This document shows, piece after piece, positions 63,085-64,000 of a DNA stretch of 64,000 bases. How positions within the stretch are numbered: position 1 is the first letter of the stretch; every line of letters starts with the position of its first letter. Source of the stretch: Massalongia carnosa (taxonomy: Eukaryota); the NCBI GenBank assembly GCA_965645245.1, contig OZ287072.1, positions 496,001-560,000 on the forward strand, in the 5' to 3' direction. Below the pieces are notes generated by a model. The model made no database searches. It was given only the letters and a program-made list of their open reading frames with translations, and was not told where the DNA came from. The translations under genes and the position numbers were made by a program.

Positions 63085-64000
63085 TACCCAGAACACCGTT
63101 TATCTACCATCTAGACCACCTTTTGTCAATCATCCAAACCATCTTTTGATTACCGTCCTGACTACCTTTTGACCACTACCCTGATCACACTTTGATCGTC
63201 ACCCGTATTACTTTTTGTCCACCCTCCAGACTATCTTCTGTCCATCGTCCAGATCAACTGACAGATCATCGTCCAGACCACCTTTTAATCATCACCCAGA
63301 TCACCTTTTGTCCATCATTCAGACCCTCTTTGACCACTATTCATATCATCTTTTGTCCATCACTCATATCATCTATTGACCAACGTTTATATCATCTTTT
63401 GTCCACCTGCAAGACCACCTTTTGACCATCACTCAGACCACCTTTTGATCACTATTCAGATCCCCTTTTTTCCACCTCCCATATCATGTTTTGTCCACCT
63501 GTCAGATCATGTTTTGTCCATCGTCCATATCATCTTTTGTCCATCGTTCATATCATCTTTTGTTCATCGTCTTGACCAACTTCTGATCATCATCCAGACC
63601 ATCTTTTGTCCACCACTAATAACCTTTTTTTCACCTGTCAGGCCAACTTTTGTTCATCACCCAGATCACCTTTTGTCCATCGTCCAGACCACCTTTTGAC
63701 CACCTTTTGACCACCTTTTGACCACCTTTTGTCCATCATCTAGACCACCTTTTGTCCACCTGTCAGGCCACATTTTGTCCACCTGCCAGACCACCTTTTG
63801 TCCACCCCTCATATCACCTTTTGATCATCGTCCAGACCACCTGCCAGACCACCTGCCAGACCACCTTTTGTCCACCTGCCAGACCACCTTTTGTCCACCT
63901 GTCAGACCACCTTTTGTCCATCCCTCATATCAACTTTTAATCATAATCCAGACCACCAGCCAGACCACCTTTTATCTATCACCCAGACCACCTTTTTTCT
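63085..64000. repeat. degenerate minisatellite array, core CCAGACCACCTTTTGTCCA (unit ~23 bp, with 11-12 bp subunits), running off the window edge
   Basis: Dozens of variant copies; the + strand is strongly G-poor. Confidence 0.9.

Noticed and set aside
63085..64000. CRISPR-like array or coding ORFs in the terminal repeat
   Set aside because: The context is eukaryotic, the units are degenerate and abutting with no unique spacers, and there are no cas genes. The short ORFs are translations of the repeat.

Overview
Gene-dense eukaryotic window from a filamentous ascomycete (Pezizomycotina), judged from short GT/GC-AG introns with CTRAC branch sites and the gene content. A lichen-forming lineage is possible but cannot be shown from sequence alone. 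About 21 protein genes can be supported. Housekeeping and signalling genes are a DHA1 MFS transporter, neutral ceramidase, both COPII Sec24 paralogues (SFB3/LST1-like and SEC24), a Fus3/Kss1-type MAPK, HEM4, ERV1, UTP15, SPF27, the PKA regulatory subunit, a Trf4/Cid-like nucleotidyltransferase, an EI24/Rrt8-like protein and a CBM48 Crp1/Mdg1-like protein. The rest are several enzymes and orphan genes. There are two defective pogo/Fot1 DNA transposons, many microsatellites and a ~0.9 kb minisatellite at the right edge. The best leads are: a secreted precursor with repeated KR-SLxxWW motifs (candidate Kex2-released Trp/Arg peptides); a hidden 3-exon secreted protein with hydrophobin-type 8-Cys spacing but a hydrophilic core; recurring GC-rich islands whose C-rich to G-rich skew flips regardless of gene orientation and that remodel housekeeping proteins; a Fot1 element with layered TIRs; and two GC-AG introns in SEC24. 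No multi-gene novel system could be proven. All homology calls come from motif recognition, not from database searches.
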